Assembly (NCBI GenBank): GCA_030603385.1
Contig: JAUVXW010000007.1
Span: 64,001 to 128,000 of the forward strand
DNA from: Promethearchaeota archaeon
Lineage (GTDB): Archaea > Asgardarchaeota > Lokiarchaeia > Sigyniarchaeales > SOKP01
Direction of reading: 5' to 3'
DNA: 64,000 nt
Shown here: positions 61,290 to 64,000 of the stretch, piece by piece
How positions within the stretch are numbered: position 1 is the first letter of the stretch
Layout: every line of letters begins with the position of its first letter
Translations under genes and position numbers: made by a program
Notes under the pieces: generated by a model
The model's input: the letters and a program-made list of their open reading frames with translations, nothing else
What the model was told of the DNA's origin: nothing
Databases searched by the model: none

Positions 61290-63146
61290 ATGATTCCAAA
61301 AAAAATGGAAAAGTTTCTTAACGAACGGTTACCGGAAGCTACTCTTAAAACCCATCTTAAAAAAGATAATGGAAAGTGTTATTTAGAATTTAGTAATGTA
61401 GATGAACATCTTTTATCCAGACTTGGAATAATTGTTGATAAATTAGGACCCTACCTCGTTTCATGCATTTGGGATGAAAAATCACCAATAGAAATTGGGG
61501 GTTATCTTGTAGTCGACAATCTAAGTATGGGTCAACCGAGTATGGGGGGAATTAGGATGCTACCTAATATAATACCTTCAGATATTCATAATTTAGCTAG
61601 AGGTATGACATTAAAAAATGCAGCAGCTAATCTTCCCTATGGTGGAGGGAAGTCTGGGATCGTTGCTGAGAGAGATATCACTATAGAGCATCGGAATGAA
61701 ATTATTCGTGGTTTTGCTAAATTAATACACAGATATATCGACATTTATTTGCCCGGACCAGATGTTGGCACTAATGATGCTGATATGAAGACTATTGCAA
61801 CAGAAAATGGTATAGATTGCGTTCTATCGAAACCTGCTGAGATGGGAGGTAATCGAATTGATGAGCTCGGTGCTGCTGCTGGAGGTGTGGTTATTGCATT
61901 ACAAACATTATTACAAATCATGCCTAGATTAAGAGTACTCTCTCAATTTGCTAATTTAGAAATTCCAGAATCTAATGATCTTAAAGTCTTAATTCAGGGT
62001 TTTGGTGCTGTTGGAGCGCATGTTGCTCGTATAATGAAAGAAAGAATTCCTGAAGCTAAGGTAATAGGCATAAGCGATTTAGAAGGTTACTTATTTAATG
62101 AATCTGGTTTGCCGATTAATGATCTTTTCAAATTATGGGAAGAAAAACGCCTAGTAACTAATAATTATTTTCAAGAAAAAATAATATCAGAAGGTTACAA
62201 ACACCCTACCAAATTTTCCACGAATAGAAATAATTTACTTCTTGAGAATGCTTTTTGTTTAATGCCTGCCGCACCTGTTTTTAATTATTTAGGCGTACGC
62301 CTATCTGAATCTCCCTCAATAACAGTTGACCGTATGGGTGACTGGGCGTTAATTGTAGAAGGAGCTAACACATACAGCCCAGACCCAAACAGAAAGGCTG
62401 CACGAACTCGAATGGAACAAATGGTATATAGAGAGAAAGGTGTAATGATCGCCAATGATTACTTAGTTAATTCTGGTGGCGTAATCTTTGCTGCTCAAGA
62501 ACATATTATTAAATCACCAGATTATTTACAAATACCTGAAGAAATGTTAGGTGATAGTAAAGCTGTAGAAAAATGGTTGAAAGATCATGCAAAAGATTTT
62601 TCTGAGCTGTCAAAACGACGCTTAAAAGCTGGAGAGGAATATAGAGAAGATGTTATTCATCACAATATGATTGAATTAGTTGATTTACTAGCAGCGAATC
62701 CAGATATGCTCCCTTCAACAGCAGCTGAACGCATTAGTCTTCAACGTTTAACCGCAAAGGAAAGTGAACGTACGGCAAAAGATATTATGATTTCAATACC
62801 AACTATTGATGTAAATAGCAGGATCCAAGACGCTGCTGCCCTAATGATTGAAAAAAATAGTGGAATAATCGCTGTACTTTCTCAAAATAAACTTGTAGGA
62901 GTAGTAACAGATTGGGATGTAACTTCTGCCGTAGCTTCTGATAGTTGTGATGTCGAACTTGAAAAAGTAATGACTAAGGATGTCATTTTGGCATCTCCAG
63001 ATTTTTCTATTCTAGATATTGTTCGAGAACTAGAGCAATATCAAATTTCTGCGATGCCTGTAGTGGAACAAGGAAAGGTTTTAGGTATGGTTAATTCGGA
63101 TCTGATAACACAACGCTATTTCTTAGAATATTTACAAACTCACTAA
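61290..63146 (+). CDS. Glu/Leu/Phe/Val dehydrogenase family protein fused to a CBS pair
   Basis: GGIRM, LARGMTLKNA, GGGKSG, GPDVGT, QGFGAVG, EGAN, NSGGV; C-terminal two CBS repeats. Confidence 0.9.
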   Translation: MIPKKMEKFLNERLPEATLKTHLKKDNGKCYLEFSNVDEHLLSRLGIIVDKLGPYLVSCIWDEKSPIEIGGYLVVDNLSMGQPSMGGIRMLPNIIPSDIHNLARGMTLKNAAANLPYGGGKSGIVAERDITIEHRNEIIRGFAKLIHRYIDIYLPGPDVGTNDADMKTIATENGIDCVLSKPAEMGGNRIDELGAAAGGVVIALQTLLQIMPRLRVLSQFANLEIPESNDLKVLIQGFGAVGAHVARIMKERIPEAKVIGISDLEGYLFNESGLPINDLFKLWEEKRLVTNNYFQEKIISEGYKHPTKFSTNRNNLLLENAFCLMPAAPVFNYLGVRLSESPSITVDRMGDWALIVEGANTYSPDPNRKAARTRMEQMVYREKGVMIANDYLVNSGGVIFAAQEHIIKSPDYLQIPEEMLGDSKAVEKWLKDHAKDFSELSKRRLKAGEEYREDVIHHNMIELVDLLAANPDMLPSTAAERISLQRLTAKESERTAKDIMISIPTIDVNSRIQDAAALMIEKNSGIIAVLSQNKLVGVVTDWDVTSAVASDSCDVELEKVMTKDVILASPDFSILDIVRELEQYQISAMPVVEQGKVLGMVNSDLITQRYFLEYLQTH

Positions 63147-63149
63147 TGA

Positions 63150-64000
63150 TTAATAAAATTTCAGAATTTTATATAAAGTATCTCTCTGAGCTGGTTTCTT
63201 GCCAGCTGCTTTAATTATTTTGATAATTTCTTCTGGAGCCAAATACTGACCAAATTCCGCTCCAGCACTTCTTGATATATTTTCCTCCATTAAGGTTCCC
63301 GAAAAATCGTTTACACCATAATTTAAAGAGATTTGAGCAAGACGAGGTCCAAGCTTTACCCAAGAGCATTGTAGATTATCAATGTAATTATTTAGAAATA
63401 TTCGAGACAAACAAAATAATTTTAAATCTGCTATCCCATAACTTGGTTTTAAGGGATGATCTTCTAATCTAGATAAAATGGGATTTTCTTTTACAAATGG
63501 TAAAGGTACGAACTCTGTAAATCCATTAGTCTCCTTCTGAATACTTTTCAAAACTTCTAAATGTTTAATCCTATCCTCCAGAGATTCAATATGTCCATAC
63601 ATTATAGTTGAAGTTGTTGGGATTTTCAGGTTATGTGCCATAGTGATAATATCAATCCATTGCTGAGTGGAAACTTTATTAGGGCATACAATTTTCCTAA
63701 TTTCATCAACTAAAATCTCTGCTGCCGTTCCTGGAATTGAATCTAATCCTGCTTTTTTTAGCTCTTTTAAGGTATTTTCTATTGAACTTCCATATAATTC
63801 CGACATGAAGTAGATTTCTTGTGGAGAAAATGCATGAGTATGCATATTTCTATCAATATTTTTAACCACTTTGAGAATATCTAAATAAAAATCAAATTTT
63901 AATTCAGGATTTATTCCACCTTGAATACACACTTCTGAGCAATTTGAATTTTTCGCTTCAAATACCCTATCTCTAATTTCATCTAAAGATAATAAAAATG
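63150..64000 (-). CDS. cofH: CofH (FO synthase subunit 2), 5' end runs off window
   Basis: EVCIQGG, HAFSPQEI, PGTAAEIL, TIMYGHIE, GFTEFVPLPF, Q.SWVKLG, GTLMEENISRSAGA, QRDTLY. Confidence 0.9.
   Translation of the reverse strand, partial: FLLSLDEIRDRVFEAKNSNCSEVCIQGGINPELKFDFYLDILKVVKNIDRNMHTHAFSPQEIYFMSELYGSSIENTLKELKKAGLDSIPGTAAEILVDEIRKIVCPNKVSTQQWIDIITMAHNLKIPTTSTIMYGHIESLEDRIKHLEVLKSIQKETNGFTEFVPLPFVKENPILSRLEDHPLKPSYGIADLKLFCLSRIFLNNYIDNLQCSWVKLGPRLAQISLNYGVNDFSGTLMEENISRSAGAEFGQYLAPEEIIKIIKAAGKKPAQRDTLYKILKFY

Noticed and set aside
366-63472. Many short ORFs antisense to or nested in clear genes (e.g. 366-572, 1985-2326, 3782-4114, 5095-5439, 22294-22671, 32754-33143, 40606-41016, 45937-46543)
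   Set aside because: Shadow frames of well-supported genes with no recognisable motifs.
1-64000. tRNA/rRNA genes, CRISPR arrays, selenoprotein (in-frame TGA) candidates
   Set aside because: No GC-rich structured RNA islands, repeat-spacer arrays or TGA-interrupted conserved frames seen by eye; a covariance-model search was not possible.

Overview
AT-rich, gene-dense archaeal chromosomal segment, most likely from an Asgard archaeon of the Lokiarchaeia/Promethearchaeia type. This assignment is inferred from archaeal ribosomal proteins, ether-lipid enzymes, a Sec61alpha-like SecY, and Roadblock, longin/uDENN-like, SCP2 and small Zn-ribbon proteins. The window holds about 60 CDS: the uL11-uL1-uL10-P1 operon followed by secY, shikimate, branched-chain and thiamine genes, a sulfatase with its maturase, a four-gene ether-lipid cluster, two orphan adenine methyltransferases, a glycyl-radical enzyme locus and methanopterin/F420 cofactor genes. 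I found no rRNA, tRNA, CRISPR array or transposase. The main finding is that the uL11 gene is interrupted by a 37-nt stop-containing, frame-shifting insert (4091-4127). The insert folds into a tRNA-type bulge-helix-bulge motif, and cutting at the canonical positions exactly restores a full-length 165-aa uL11, making it a candidate endonuclease-spliced mRNA intron. The same pre-mRNA can form a mutually exclusive fold resembling the uL1-binding site of 23S rRNA, suggesting feedback control of the operon through splicing. Three genes also appear to need non-canonical ATT/ATC/ATA start codons. All product calls come from motif recognition by eye; no database searches were run.
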